Counted from the stretch's first letter, positions 18,279 through 28,088 are shown. The stretch: 31,273 bases of DNA from Promethearchaeota archaeon (GCA_019058245.1 JAHPZJ010000009.1:1-31273); one strand, 5' to 3'. The notes: generated by a model from the sequence alone, not told the origin. Made by a program: numbers and translations.

Positions 18279-19469
18279 ATGCATAATTTTGAAAAGCTTA
18301 ATAATATTTGTGTGGTTGGAGCAGGTGTAATGGGGCATGGAATTGCTCAAGTATCACTAGTGGCAGGTTATAACGTTACATTAATAGACCTAAATGAAAA
18401 AACTGTAGATAATGGATTGAAGAAAATTAAGCAAGGCTTAGAAAAAATGGCAAATAAGGGAATATTGGGAGGTGGTATATCTCCTGATGATCTTCTAAGA
18501 AAATGTACAAAATCAATAGATCTGGTTTCTGCTGTTAAGGATGCTGATTTTGTGTTCGAAGCCGTTATAGAGAAAATGGAAGTTAAAAAAAGAGTATGTA
18601 ATACAGTTATGCAAAATTCACCGCCTTATTGTATCTTTGCATCAAATACTTCAACATTTAGAATAACTGACATTGCAGAAGATTCAAAAAGACCAGAAAA
18701 GGTTATTGGAATGCATTTTTTTGTACCAGTTCCTAATCAATGTTGTGTTGAGGTAATGAAAGGGGAAAAGACTTCTGATGAAGTTTTAGATATATGTGTG
18801 AAATTGGGTGAAAATTTACCTTGTGTTAAAGGAAAAAGACTTTCAGTACGAATTGAAAAGGAAAGTCCAGGATTTATTGCTAATAGACTATTAATTCCTT
18901 CACTAATCTATACGAATTGGATTTTTGACCAAGCATATGAAAAGAACATTCCATGGGAACAGATTGATGCCGATGCTGGAGTAAGACATTCAATCTCAAT
19001 GGGTCCCTGTCAATTAAACGATTATTTGGGATTAGATGTTAGTTATAATGGTCTAAAGAGTTATGAAAAGTATATATCTCCTGATTTTGCTCCAGGTAGA
19101 GTGCTTACTAAATTTGTATTAGAAGGTAATTTAGGAAAAAAAACGGGAAAAGGTTTCTATGATTGGACGAAGGGAAAACCAAATGTAAATTTAAATAAAA
19201 AGGCAGGTCTATTTAACCCAGAAGTTCATTTAGCAATCCAATTAAATGAAGGTTGTAAACTTTTAGAAGAAGGGATCGTTTCAGGTTACAAAATTATTGA
19301 TGATATTATGTTAAAAGGAACTAGTATGCCTGGGCCATTTAATGCAGGGAAACATATTTATAAAAATTGGTCTAAACTACTTGAGGATATCGCAGAGAAG
19401 ACAGGAAAAGAATATCTTAAACCATGTAATCTAATGAAATCTGGTGATTTCCTTAAGATGAGAAGATAA
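18279..19469 (+). CDS. 3-hydroxyacyl-CoA dehydrogenase family protein with duplicated C-terminal domain
   Basis: VVGAGVMGHGIA, EAVIE, ASNTS, GMHFF, PGFIANR, LGKKTGKGFY; second NEG..LLEEG..ID repeat. Confidence 0.92.
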   Translation: MHNFEKLNNICVVGAGVMGHGIAQVSLVAGYNVTLIDLNEKTVDNGLKKIKQGLEKMANKGILGGGISPDDLLRKCTKSIDLVSAVKDADFVFEAVIEKMEVKKRVCNTVMQNSPPYCIFASNTSTFRITDIAEDSKRPEKVIGMHFFVPVPNQCCVEVMKGEKTSDEVLDICVKLGENLPCVKGKRLSVRIEKESPGFIANRLLIPSLIYTNWIFDQAYEKNIPWEQIDADAGVRHSISMGPCQLNDYLGLDVSYNGLKSYEKYISPDFAPGRVLTKFVLEGNLGKKTGKGFYDWTKGKPNVNLNKKAGLFNPEVHLAIQLNEGCKLLEEGIVSGYKIIDDIMLKGTSMPGPFNAGKHIYKNWSKLLEDIAEKTGKEYLKPCNLMKSGDFLKMRR

Positions 19470-19659
19470 CTCCCATATAATTTATAAATGTGATAGGTAT
19501 TTCATTTTTTAATATTAGTCAAAAAGAATAATTTCAGATAACCAAGAAATTTCTTATAGTTTTTTAAGATAAGATTTTAAAGTATGGATTTTAAAAGTAA
19601 TATATTAAATTATATATATCAAGAAAGTTAGCGAAATAAAGTGCAAAAAGTGAGGAAAG

Positions 19660-21393
19660 ATGGAAATCGACGAAGAATTAAAGTCAAATACTAATGTTGC
19701 ATATATTTCAATGGAAATAGCTGTGGATTCAAATATTCCTACGTATAGTGGAGGTTTAGGAGTATTATCAGGAGATACTGTTCGTTCAGCTGCAGATTTA
19801 GAAATACCTATGGTAGGTATTTGTTTATGCTATAGTGCTGGATATTTTTATCAATTTTTTAATGAATTTGGAGAGCAAAAAGAAAAAGAAATTGCTTGGA
19901 ATTTTTACTATGAGTTTGATAAAGTAGAAAAACCTATCTGCATAAAGATTGAAAATAAAGATGTTCTTGTAAGCGCATGGCTTTATCGGGTGATAGGACA
20001 ATCTGGACATGTTCTTCCAATTTATCTCTTAACTACAGATGTCGATGGCAACGAAGATTGGATGAAAAGAATGACAGGCTCTTTATACGACAGCACTAGT
20101 CGTTGGAATAGAATCGTTCAAGAAATGATTCTGGGAATTGGGGGCGTTAAACTCCTTAAATCACTGGGTTATGATAATATTACAACTTATCATCTTAATG
20201 AAGGTCATGGTTCCTTTGCTACATTGGAATTGTATAATGAATTGGGAAGCATTGAAAAAGTCAAGGAAAAATTTGCTTTTACAACCCATACTCCTGTTCC
20301 TGCAGGTCATGATCGATTCACGCAAGATTTGGTTAAAAAAGTATTTGAAGATAGAATGCCAAAAGAAATAAGAAACCTTGCTGATGATAATGGAGAATTC
20401 AATATGACATTCTTGGGTATGGCGCTTTCTAGATACAGAAATGCAGTTGCTAAAAAACATGGAGATATATCAAGAAAAATGTTCCCTCAATATGAAATTG
20501 ACTATATTACAAACGGTGTTCATCTAGCTTTCTGGGTTTCTAAACCCTTTCGAAAAATTTTTAATAGAAAATGGCCGAATTGGAAAGCAAATCCTTATGT
20601 TCTAGAAAATGCGATTGAGTTAGATGATTTAGAGTTATTTGATGCCCATATTGAAAATAAATTCAATCTTATCAATTATCAAAAAGGTCATAGTTGGAAT
20701 TTACTTGATGAAGAATTAATCACTATAGGTTTTGCTAGACGTTTTGCAACTTATAAGAGAGCTATTCTAATATTTCATGATATTGACAGATTAGGTAAAA
20801 TCTGTAAAAATAATATTCAATTTATTTTCGCTGGAAAAGCTCATCCAAAAGATCAAATGGGAAAAGATTATATTAAGAAAATCCATGAATCAGGTGAATA
20901 TTTATACGATAATTATGGAGTAAAAGTTGTTGTAATGGAAAATTATAATATGGATCTCTCTCATTTACTTGTATCTGGAGTAGACATTTGGCTTAATACA
21001 CCTAATAGATATCGTGAAGCAAGTGGTACTAGTGGTATGAAAGCAGCTTTAAACGGTGTTTTAAATTTCAGTGTTCAAGATGGATGGTGGTTAGAAGCAT
21101 ATAGGAAGAATTCCTTGGCTGGATGGGCTATTGGACCTGACGATTCAAACCCTGACGATCCTGGTGTTTCTAATAACTGGGATATTGATTCAAATGTAGT
21201 TTATAAAACTTTAGAAAACCAGATAATCCAAACTTATATGGATCATGATGAATGGATTTTTCGCCAGAAAAATGCAATAGCTTTAGCAGCATATTTTAAT
21301 ACACATAGGATGATTGAAGAGTATGCAGATAGAGCTTATAAATTAAAGAGACAGAGACCATGGAAGTTTCAACCTTCCTCTTCCTCTTCTTAG
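19660..21393 (+). CDS. glgP: Alpha-glucan (glycogen/maltodextrin) phosphorylase, GT35
   Basis: YSGGLGVL.GD, HLNEGH, FTTHTPVPAGHD, ARRFATYKR, AGKAHP, PLP site EASGTSGMKA. Confidence 0.95.
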   Translation: MEIDEELKSNTNVAYISMEIAVDSNIPTYSGGLGVLSGDTVRSAADLEIPMVGICLCYSAGYFYQFFNEFGEQKEKEIAWNFYYEFDKVEKPICIKIENKDVLVSAWLYRVIGQSGHVLPIYLLTTDVDGNEDWMKRMTGSLYDSTSRWNRIVQEMILGIGGVKLLKSLGYDNITTYHLNEGHGSFATLELYNELGSIEKVKEKFAFTTHTPVPAGHDRFTQDLVKKVFEDRMPKEIRNLADDNGEFNMTFLGMALSRYRNAVAKKHGDISRKMFPQYEIDYITNGVHLAFWVSKPFRKIFNRKWPNWKANPYVLENAIELDDLELFDAHIENKFNLINYQKGHSWNLLDEELITIGFARRFATYKRAILIFHDIDRLGKICKNNIQFIFAGKAHPKDQMGKDYIKKIHESGEYLYDNYGVKVVVMENYNMDLSHLLVSGVDIWLNTPNRYREASGTSGMKAALNGVLNFSVQDGWWLEAYRKNSLAGWAIGPDDSNPDDPGVSNNWDIDSNVVYKTLENQIIQTYMDHDEWIFRQKNAIALAAYFNTHRMIEEYADRAYKLKRQRPWKFQPSSSSS

Positions 21394-21452
21394 TCTATTT
21401 TGTTCTCTTTAATAAGTATATTTTTTTCATAATTACCAAAAGAATTTATTAT

Positions 21453-21962
21453 CTAAAGGGATTTAATACAATCGATTAATTCAAAAGAACATACTTTTAT
21501 ATAATCATCAAATTTTTTTCGAATCATATAGTCCTCTATTATTTGATTTAAAATTATTTCCAAGGTATCAATCCCTAATATCAATCCTTCCAAATTCTTT
21601 GATAAGAGAAGTATAAAGTTTGTATCTGATTTTATATAAAAACAGCTCTTATCTAATTCGATTTCAGAGTGAGATTCAATAATTTTATCAGAATTCTTTA
21701 CTGTTTCTGAATTTGAAAGAAGCATAATTAGAAACTTCTCCGAAAGTTCTTCCTTTAAATATGAATCTCTTATACCCGCAGCTTGTAGAGGTGTGTTAGT
21801 ATATGATTTGAATAGATATTGAAGTTTATTTAGGTACTTTCTAAACTTATTTTTATTATGAAAAAAAATAAGTTCATTACTTAGTTTTAGAGGTTCTTTA
21901 TCTAAATATACAATTTTATGAGGAACTTTATCAAATTTAAATTCTTTGAGGAAATTAGACAT
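21453..21962 (-). CDS. Hypothetical protein resembling a stand-alone GH20 N-terminal (domain 2) fold
   Basis: FYI....ILL.S....GL..GI.TL..I and terminal ..I.D pattern; no catalytic barrel. Confidence 0.5.
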   Translation of the reverse strand: MSNFLKEFKFDKVPHKIVYLDKEPLKLSNELIFFHNKNKFRKYLNKLQYLFKSYTNTPLQAAGIRDSYLKEELSEKFLIMLLSNSETVKNSDKIIESHSEIELDKSCFYIKSDTNFILLLSKNLEGLILGIDTLEIILNQIIEDYMIRKKFDDYIKVCSFELIDCIKSL

Positions 21963-22070
21963 TTTAATTATTCTCTATAATAGAATTATTTAATTATAGA
22001 AAATTGCAATTAATAAAAAAAGTTCTTGATTTTATTTTGTAAATAAAGCTGAAGAAAAATAACATAGCAC

Positions 22071-23054
22071 ATGAAATTAGGCTCACTTGACTTAAAAAAT
22101 CAATATCTTTTAGCTCCAATGTTAAATGTATCTACAAGTCCCTTTAGAAGATTTTGTAGATATTTCTCCAATATTGGATTAGTATTTGTCCCCATGTTAT
22201 ATACTAAAAAGATTGAAACACATCCAAAATCTATAGAAGAAGATTTACTTAAAATAGATCAAGAATATCCTATTGGTATACAGTTAATTGGCTCTGATCC
22301 TAAAGCATTGAAAAAGTCTATAGACCACCTTGAAAGCTATAAATTTGATATTTTAGATTTGAATGCAGGATGTCCATCTAATAGGGCTATTCAAGCCAAA
22401 GAGGGTGGATATTTAATGAAAGATTTAAAGATATTAAATTTATTAATTAAAGTCGCAGTAAAATATTCTGCTAGACCAATTTCACTTAAAATTAGAACGG
22501 GATTTAATAATCCAGTAAATATTAAAGATATGGCAAAAATAATAAACGATTCTGGAATTGATATTGCTATAATTCATGCTCGAACTGTTAAAAGCAGCTT
22601 TCGTGAGGAAAGTTTAGATTTAGATACTGTAAAGAGCTTAAAAGAGAAACTAAAAATTCCACTAATCGGAAATGGAGATATTATTAATCCAATTAGTGCT
22701 AAATATTTTATTGATTATACAAATGTAGATGGTTTAATGATTGGAAGAGAATCCATGGGAAATCCACAAATTTTTAATCAAATTCATGAATATTTCATAA
22801 ATGATAAAATAATTACCTTCAAAAAAGATTATATCATATATAAAAATTATCTCAAGATTTATGAAGATATTATTGATGAATTTCTTAATGGAATTTCATA
22901 TCAAATCGGTAATGAAGAATTCAAGTTTAAAGAATTAAAAAGAAATGCAATATGGTTAACAAAAAATATTAGGAATTCTACATCCACTAGGCGTAATTTA
23001 AGTAAAGTAAAAAACATTAAACAGTTGAAAAGCATTATAGAAAGAATTGAATAA
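22071..23054 (+). CDS. dus: tRNA-dihydrouridine synthase
   Basis: LAPM, IQL.G, DLNAGCP, LKIRTG, HAR, GNGDI, MIGR. Confidence 0.92.
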   Translation: MKLGSLDLKNQYLLAPMLNVSTSPFRRFCRYFSNIGLVFVPMLYTKKIETHPKSIEEDLLKIDQEYPIGIQLIGSDPKALKKSIDHLESYKFDILDLNAGCPSNRAIQAKEGGYLMKDLKILNLLIKVAVKYSARPISLKIRTGFNNPVNIKDMAKIINDSGIDIAIIHARTVKSSFREESLDLDTVKSLKEKLKIPLIGNGDIINPISAKYFIDYTNVDGLMIGRESMGNPQIFNQIHEYFINDKIITFKKDYIIYKNYLKIYEDIIDEFLNGISYQIGNEEFKFKELKRNAIWLTKNIRNSTSTRRNLSKVKNIKQLKSIIERIE

Positions 23055-23082
23055 GAAAAATTGAATTTTGCTATTTAATTTT

Positions 23083-24102
23083 TTATTTATATTTTTTTAA
23101 AAGCTCATTAGGGCTATATACGCCATCCTCAGTTATAATAGCTGAGACTAGCCTAAATGGAGTAATATCGAATGCATAATTTAAACACTCTACTCCGTCT
23201 GGAACAATCTGAACTTGACCTAATACATTACTTACTTCTTGGCTATCTCTCTGTTCAATAGTAACATCTTTAATTGTTTCATGAAGAGATAGTGTTGAAG
23301 TTGGAGCTGCAACATAAAAAGGGATATTATTATCTTTTGCTGCTAGAGCAACTAAATAAGTACCAATTTTATTAAACACAGCATCTGAAGTAACTCGATC
23401 AGTACCAACAATAACTTTGTTTATTTTTCCGAGTCTCATCAATAAACCAGAGGAAGTATCTGATATAACATTTACAGGGATTTTATCATATTGTAATTCA
23501 TAAGCTGTTAACCTAGCACCTTGTAATCTTGGTCTAGTTTCATCAGCAATTACACTTATGTTTTTTCCTTGTTCTATAGCGGCTCTAATAGGTGCTAAAG
23601 CAGTACCATATTGTACAGTAGCGAGAGATCCAGCATTGCAATGAGTTAAAACTATATCTCTATCATCTAATAAAGTCGACCCATTTTTACCTATGTTTTT
23701 ATTGACAGTAACATCTTCCTGAGCCATTAATTTAATTTCTTCGATAACTAATTCAGATAAATTCGAAGGATTATCTGGATAAGAACTAATAATATTCCAT
23801 ATTCTATTTATTGCCCAAGAAAGATTTGAGGCTGTAGGTCTGGTTTTTCTAATTATTTCTGCTGCTTTTTCGATTTCTTTAAGAAATTTCTCTTTTGGAA
23901 GATCTTTATATTCTAATGTGGCTAATGCCATCCCCATTGCTGCTGCAACTCCTATAGCAGGAGCACCACGAATATTCATAACTTTTATTGACATAGCAAC
24001 ATCACGATAATTATCAAATTCGAGGAATACCAGCTTATGGGGAAGTAAAGTTTGATCAATCATCTTTACTTTATTATTTACCCATTCTATTGAAGGAATC
24101 AT
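23083..24102 (-). CDS. mtnA: S-methyl-5-thioribose-1-phosphate isomerase (eIF2B-related family)
   Basis: IDQTLLP, IRGAPAIG, TRPTA, LTHCNAGSLAT, ETRPRLQGARLT, NKIGTY, FDITP. Confidence 0.92.
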   Translation of the reverse strand: MIPSIEWVNNKVKMIDQTLLPHKLVFLEFDNYRDVAMSIKVMNIRGAPAIGVAAAMGMALATLEYKDLPKEKFLKEIEKAAEIIRKTRPTASNLSWAINRIWNIISSYPDNPSNLSELVIEEIKLMAQEDVTVNKNIGKNGSTLLDDRDIVLTHCNAGSLATVQYGTALAPIRAAIEQGKNISVIADETRPRLQGARLTAYELQYDKIPVNVISDTSSGLLMRLGKINKVIVGTDRVTSDAVFNKIGTYLVALAAKDNNIPFYVAAPTSTLSLHETIKDVTIEQRDSQEVSNVLGQVQIVPDGVECLNYAFDITPFRLVSAIITEDGVYSPNELLKKYK

Positions 24103-24300
24103 AAGTATTTAGAATCAATTAAGCTTTAAAAATAAAATTTGAAATTGATTATTAAATTATTGTACTTAAAAATTAAGATTAGAGATTCATTAATAATATG
24201 TTCTTAAATTTTTATAAATAGTTTTAATATTTGAAAAAAGAGAAAATTGAATTTGATAACTAATTTAAATATGAAAATGTAATCTAATTTTAAAATAATT

Positions 24301-25185
24301 ATGGAGAAAATTGAAAAAAAAAGTATTATAAAATCCCCGATAATATCATGTTCAAGGAGAACCGATATACCTGCTTTTCTAATGGAGTGGGTGATTCATC
24401 GAATAAAAGAAGGTTATGTAGATGTAGTTAATCCTTTTAATCGAAAACAAATCAATAGAGTGTCATTAAGTCCGAATGATGTAAAATGTTTTGTATGGTG
24501 GAGTAAAAATTTTAGAGATTGGATTGATACTTATAATAAAAATAAAAACCTTTTTGATTCTTACCAAGGTCATAGTTTTCAATTTACCATAAATTCTCCC
24601 TCTGAATTAGAAAGAAACATTAAACTATCCCTAGATGAACGCATCAAGCAATTAGAATGGCTTTCTGAAGAATTTGGTCTTTCTGCTATTAATTATAGAT
24701 ATGATCCTATTATTTTTTATAGAAAAAAAAACTCAAATATAATTTCTAATAATTTAGGGGAATTCAGAACTATTATTGAAAAAGTCTCTAATATTGGAAT
24801 TAGAGAAATAATTTTTTCTTTTGCAACTGTATATTCTAAAGTAAAAAAGAGAATGAATGCCAGAGGCTATATACCTATTGATCCTTCTTTAAACAAAAAG
24901 AAAGAAATTTTAAATGAATTATTACAAATTTGTAATAAATATAATGTTCAATTGAAAGCATGCTGTCAACCAAAATTATTAGAAATTGAAGGAGTAGAAC
25001 AAGCTCATTGCATTGATGCCTATAAAATTGAAAAGTTAATTAAAGAGAAAATACCTAAAATAAAAGATACAGGACAAAGAAAAGATTGTGGATGTTTTAA
25101 ATCTAAGGATATAGGGGGATACTCAGGTATTTTTCGATGTAAGCATAATTGTGATTATTGTTATGCTTCTCCTGCAAAGAGATAA
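24301..25185 (+). CDS. DUF1848-family protein (radical-SAM-related, C-terminal Cys cluster)
   Basis: IISCSRRTDIPAF, V.NPFN, WSKN, RYDPI, CID, GQR..CGC..S.DIG.Y and CKHNCDYCYA. Confidence 0.85.
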   Translation: MEKIEKKSIIKSPIISCSRRTDIPAFLMEWVIHRIKEGYVDVVNPFNRKQINRVSLSPNDVKCFVWWSKNFRDWIDTYNKNKNLFDSYQGHSFQFTINSPSELERNIKLSLDERIKQLEWLSEEFGLSAINYRYDPIIFYRKKNSNIISNNLGEFRTIIEKVSNIGIREIIFSFATVYSKVKKRMNARGYIPIDPSLNKKKEILNELLQICNKYNVQLKACCQPKLLEIEGVEQAHCIDAYKIEKLIKEKIPKIKDTGQRKDCGCFKSKDIGGYSGIFRCKHNCDYCYASPAKR

Positions 25186-25353
25186 AAAATAACCTGCAGT
25201 ATTTATATACCTCCTAAATAATTATAAATTTTAATAGAATCTAATATATTGAATATTAAAGAAAAACCAAAATAGATACATACTTAAATAAATACCTTTT
25301 TTATATTATATATAAAATATTGTTGAGGTTTCACTATATATTGAGGTTTTATC

Positions 25354-26232
25354 ATGCCAAAATGTAAATTTTACATAGTAGATGTATTTGCTGAAAGGAA
25401 ATTTGAAGGTAATCAGCTTGCTGTTTTTATTTGTGAAGAAGTACTCTTTGAAGCGGAAATGCAAAAAATAGCAAAAGAAATGAATTATTCTGAAACAACG
25501 TTTATTACTTCAAAAGAAAATTATGATATACGTATTTTTACCCCTGAAGTAGAATTACCATTTGCAGGGCATCCCACAATAGGAACTAGTCTTGTAATAC
25601 AACAAGAAATAATTAAAGGAAATGTTAAAACAATTCTTCTTAATTTAAAAATAGGATCAATTCCAGTATTATTTAAATATAAATCAGGAAAACCAGATGT
25701 TATATGGATGGAGCATAATAGTCCTACATTTGGGAGATTTTTTGATAAAGAATTATTATCTCAAATTTTAAATCTAGATGAGTCTCATATTGATGATAGA
25801 TTTCCTATTCAAGAAGTATCTACAGGTATACCTTTCATCATAGTTCCCTTGAAGAATTTAGCTGCTTTAAAGAAGGTTAAAGTAGATGTAGATAAATATT
25901 TAGATCTTGTAGAAAAAACTGAGGCAAAGGCTATATTAATTTTTTGTCCAGAAACTCGAAATAAGGGAAATGATTTGAGTGTTCGGGTTTTTGCTTATTA
26001 TCATGGTGTACCAGAGGATCCTGCTACAGGTTCAGGGAATGGGTGTCTAGCAGCTTATTTGGTAAAGCATCAATACTATATAAAAGATAGTATTAATGCA
26101 AGAGTTGAACAAGGTTATGAAGTAGGACGTCCATCCTTGCTTTACCTGAAGGCTGAAAAAAATGAGGAAGAAATTATTAGTGTTTCTGTAGGAGGAAAAG
26201 CTTTCATCGTCGCAGAAGGAGAATTAAGATAA
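25354..26232 (+). CDS. PhzF-family isomerase/epimerase
   Basis: VDVFA...GNQLAV, SETTF, RIFTP..ELPFAGHPT, EDPATGS, EQG. Confidence 0.92.
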   Translation: MPKCKFYIVDVFAERKFEGNQLAVFICEEVLFEAEMQKIAKEMNYSETTFITSKENYDIRIFTPEVELPFAGHPTIGTSLVIQQEIIKGNVKTILLNLKIGSIPVLFKYKSGKPDVIWMEHNSPTFGRFFDKELLSQILNLDESHIDDRFPIQEVSTGIPFIIVPLKNLAALKKVKVDVDKYLDLVEKTEAKAILIFCPETRNKGNDLSVRVFAYYHGVPEDPATGSGNGCLAAYLVKHQYYIKDSINARVEQGYEVGRPSLLYLKAEKNEEEIISVSVGGKAFIVAEGELR

Positions 26233-26362
26233 ATAAAAAGAATGCTTTAGAATGATATTATTGAATAGACCATTGGTATATGTTATTATTTATTTATCAT
26301 TTTTATTAATTGATTAATTTTAATAATTTAAACTTACAACAATAATTCTAATTCTTTATCTT

Positions 26363-27802
26363 ATGAATACTAATATCAAATTCGCTTTCTTAACTGTTTT
26401 AATTGTTGTGATTCAGTCTATTTTAAAGGTAATTGGTGTCTTAATTACAGGAAGTTTAAGTTTTCTTTCTGAGACAGTGGATACTCTTATTGATATATTA
26501 TTTGTCTCTATTTCTTTATATTCTATATATCATAGTGAAAAGCCTGCTGATTATGAACATATGTATGGTCATAAAAAGATTGATTCTATAGGGGCTTTAA
26601 TTCAAGGAATTATTTTAATGAATGTATATATCTTATTAATCTATAATGCGATTCAAGTTATTATTCAACAAAGTTTTCTAATTACTAATCCTGAAACAGG
26701 ATTAATAATTTTAATAATTTCATTTTCAATAAATATAATATTCTCCAGAATCCTTATTTATAAAGGTAAACAGAGAAAAAGTCTAACTTTAAAAATACAG
26801 GGTTTAAATTTATTTCAAGATTCATTAAGAGCTCTCTTAGTAATATTCAGTTTTATTATTGCATCTTTTAATGTTTTTTTTATTGATCCCATCTTAAGTA
26901 TTGTTTTATCTGTTTGGATCATCACTGGAGCTGTAAAGTTGACTAGAGAAGGTACCAGAGAACTTACTGATACTAATCCTGTAAATATTATAATTTTAGA
27001 AAATTTACGACAAAAAATTTTTCAGTTAGAGCATGTTGTGGGGATTCATGATATAAAAATCCGAACAAGTGGTAAATCATTATTCCTAGAAGTATACTTA
27101 TCAGTTGAAGATCATATTTCCATTGTACATGCAAACGAAATCATCAAATCTGTAAGAAATATGAGTGAGAAGGTGTTTTCCTCATATGAAGTTGAATGCA
27201 TCATTGAAATGAATCCTATGGCTAGCGAAAAATCTATTGGCGAGGGATTAATTAATTTAATTTTTTCTATGAAATCGGAATACCCAAGAATCGAAGTTGT
27301 TAAAGATCTTAATGTATTTAGAATTAAAAATGAATATTTCCTGTCTTTAGTTTTAATAGTTGATGAAACACTTTCACTTGCAGAAGCTCATAAGTTAGCG
27401 TCTCTTTTTGAGGATGAGATAAAAAAACAATCTCCTCTTATATCTAGAATCATAACCCATATTGAAGGTCAAGCTCACACTGAAATTTCAATACATGATC
27501 ATATTAAATGTGCGGATGTAGGTCCAGAAATGATACAGCAAATAAGTGAAAATGTGGAAGAAGTGTTAAGAGTTCATTCTTATGTTAGAGGTTATCATGG
27601 ATTAGAATTTTGGGCAACAACGGATTATTGTATTCTAGAACTTCATATTTTTTTTGAGGGATCATTAAATATTTCACAAACCCATGAATACATTTCTGAA
27701 TTGGAAGTCATTATTAGAGCAAAACTAGGCATTGATAATTTAGACGCGATACTTCTTCATTCAGAACCAATAGAAGATCAGAAGGATGGTATCTTCTTTT
27801 GA
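26363..27802 (+). CDS. Cation diffusion facilitator transporter with three tandem cytoplasmic (ZT_dimer-like) domains
   Basis: About 6 TM, GS.S..E.VD..D, KPAD.EH.YGH.K; three repeats of S/N-I/L..A/T-H/N...H/E.E/N. Confidence 0.85.
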   Translation: MNTNIKFAFLTVLIVVIQSILKVIGVLITGSLSFLSETVDTLIDILFVSISLYSIYHSEKPADYEHMYGHKKIDSIGALIQGIILMNVYILLIYNAIQVIIQQSFLITNPETGLIILIISFSINIIFSRILIYKGKQRKSLTLKIQGLNLFQDSLRALLVIFSFIIASFNVFFIDPILSIVLSVWIITGAVKLTREGTRELTDTNPVNIIILENLRQKIFQLEHVVGIHDIKIRTSGKSLFLEVYLSVEDHISIVHANEIIKSVRNMSEKVFSSYEVECIIEMNPMASEKSIGEGLINLIFSMKSEYPRIEVVKDLNVFRIKNEYFLSLVLIVDETLSLAEAHKLASLFEDEIKKQSPLISRIITHIEGQAHTEISIHDHIKCADVGPEMIQQISENVEEVLRVHSYVRGYHGLEFWATTDYCILELHIFFEGSLNISQTHEYISELEVIIRAKLGIDNLDAILLHSEPIEDQKDGIFF

Positions 27803-27903
27803 GAAACTGAAATCTTCAAAATAAATATATATACACATAGTATCCAAGCTCTAAAAAGAATCTTTTATTAAAAATTAACTATTCTATTGAACTAAAATTT
27901 TTA

Positions 27904-27930
27904 AATATCATAATAGATATATATGATATT
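27904..27930. promoter_or_regulatory. Inverted repeat AATATCATA-N9-TATGATATT directly 5' of the structured element
   Basis: Perfect 9-bp arms at 27904-27912 and 27922-27930; AT-rich, so chance cannot be excluded. Confidence 0.35.
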
Positions 27931-28088
27931 GGCATAAATTTTCATGAATAAATTAAAAATACTAAATATGGCTCCTGTCAATCCCCTGGATTTTTGTCTT
28001 TTGGTTGTGTAAGAGATTACACATTAAAATTACCTACTCTACCTTTTAAAAGTTTATGCCTTATATTAAGGCTTTTTGGCAGGAGCTA
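27931..28088 (+). ncRNA. Candidate structured non-coding RNA of unknown family
   Basis: Helices 27931-42/28049-60 and 27969-81/28076-88, hairpins TGTGTAA-GAGA-TTACACA and GCCTTA-TAT-TAAGGC; non-Watson-Crick positions are G-U on the + strand. Confidence 0.5.

Noticed and set aside
25323-25349. TTGAGGTTT direct repeat before the PhzF-family gene
   Set aside because: Second copy is simply the SD; two 9-mers are too little to call an operator
27800-28088. SECIS element / selenocysteine readthrough of the CDF TGA stop
   Set aside because: No convincing AUGA..GA quartet helix in the element, the TGA is not at a redox Cys position, and readthrough would add only a short featureless tail
27969-28088. 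MITE with terminal inverted repeats, or HEARO/omega RNA of an IscB/TnpB element
   Set aside because: No clear target-site duplication, no nuclease or transposase nearby, mismatches are strand-biased G-U; not fully excluded without a genome-wide search
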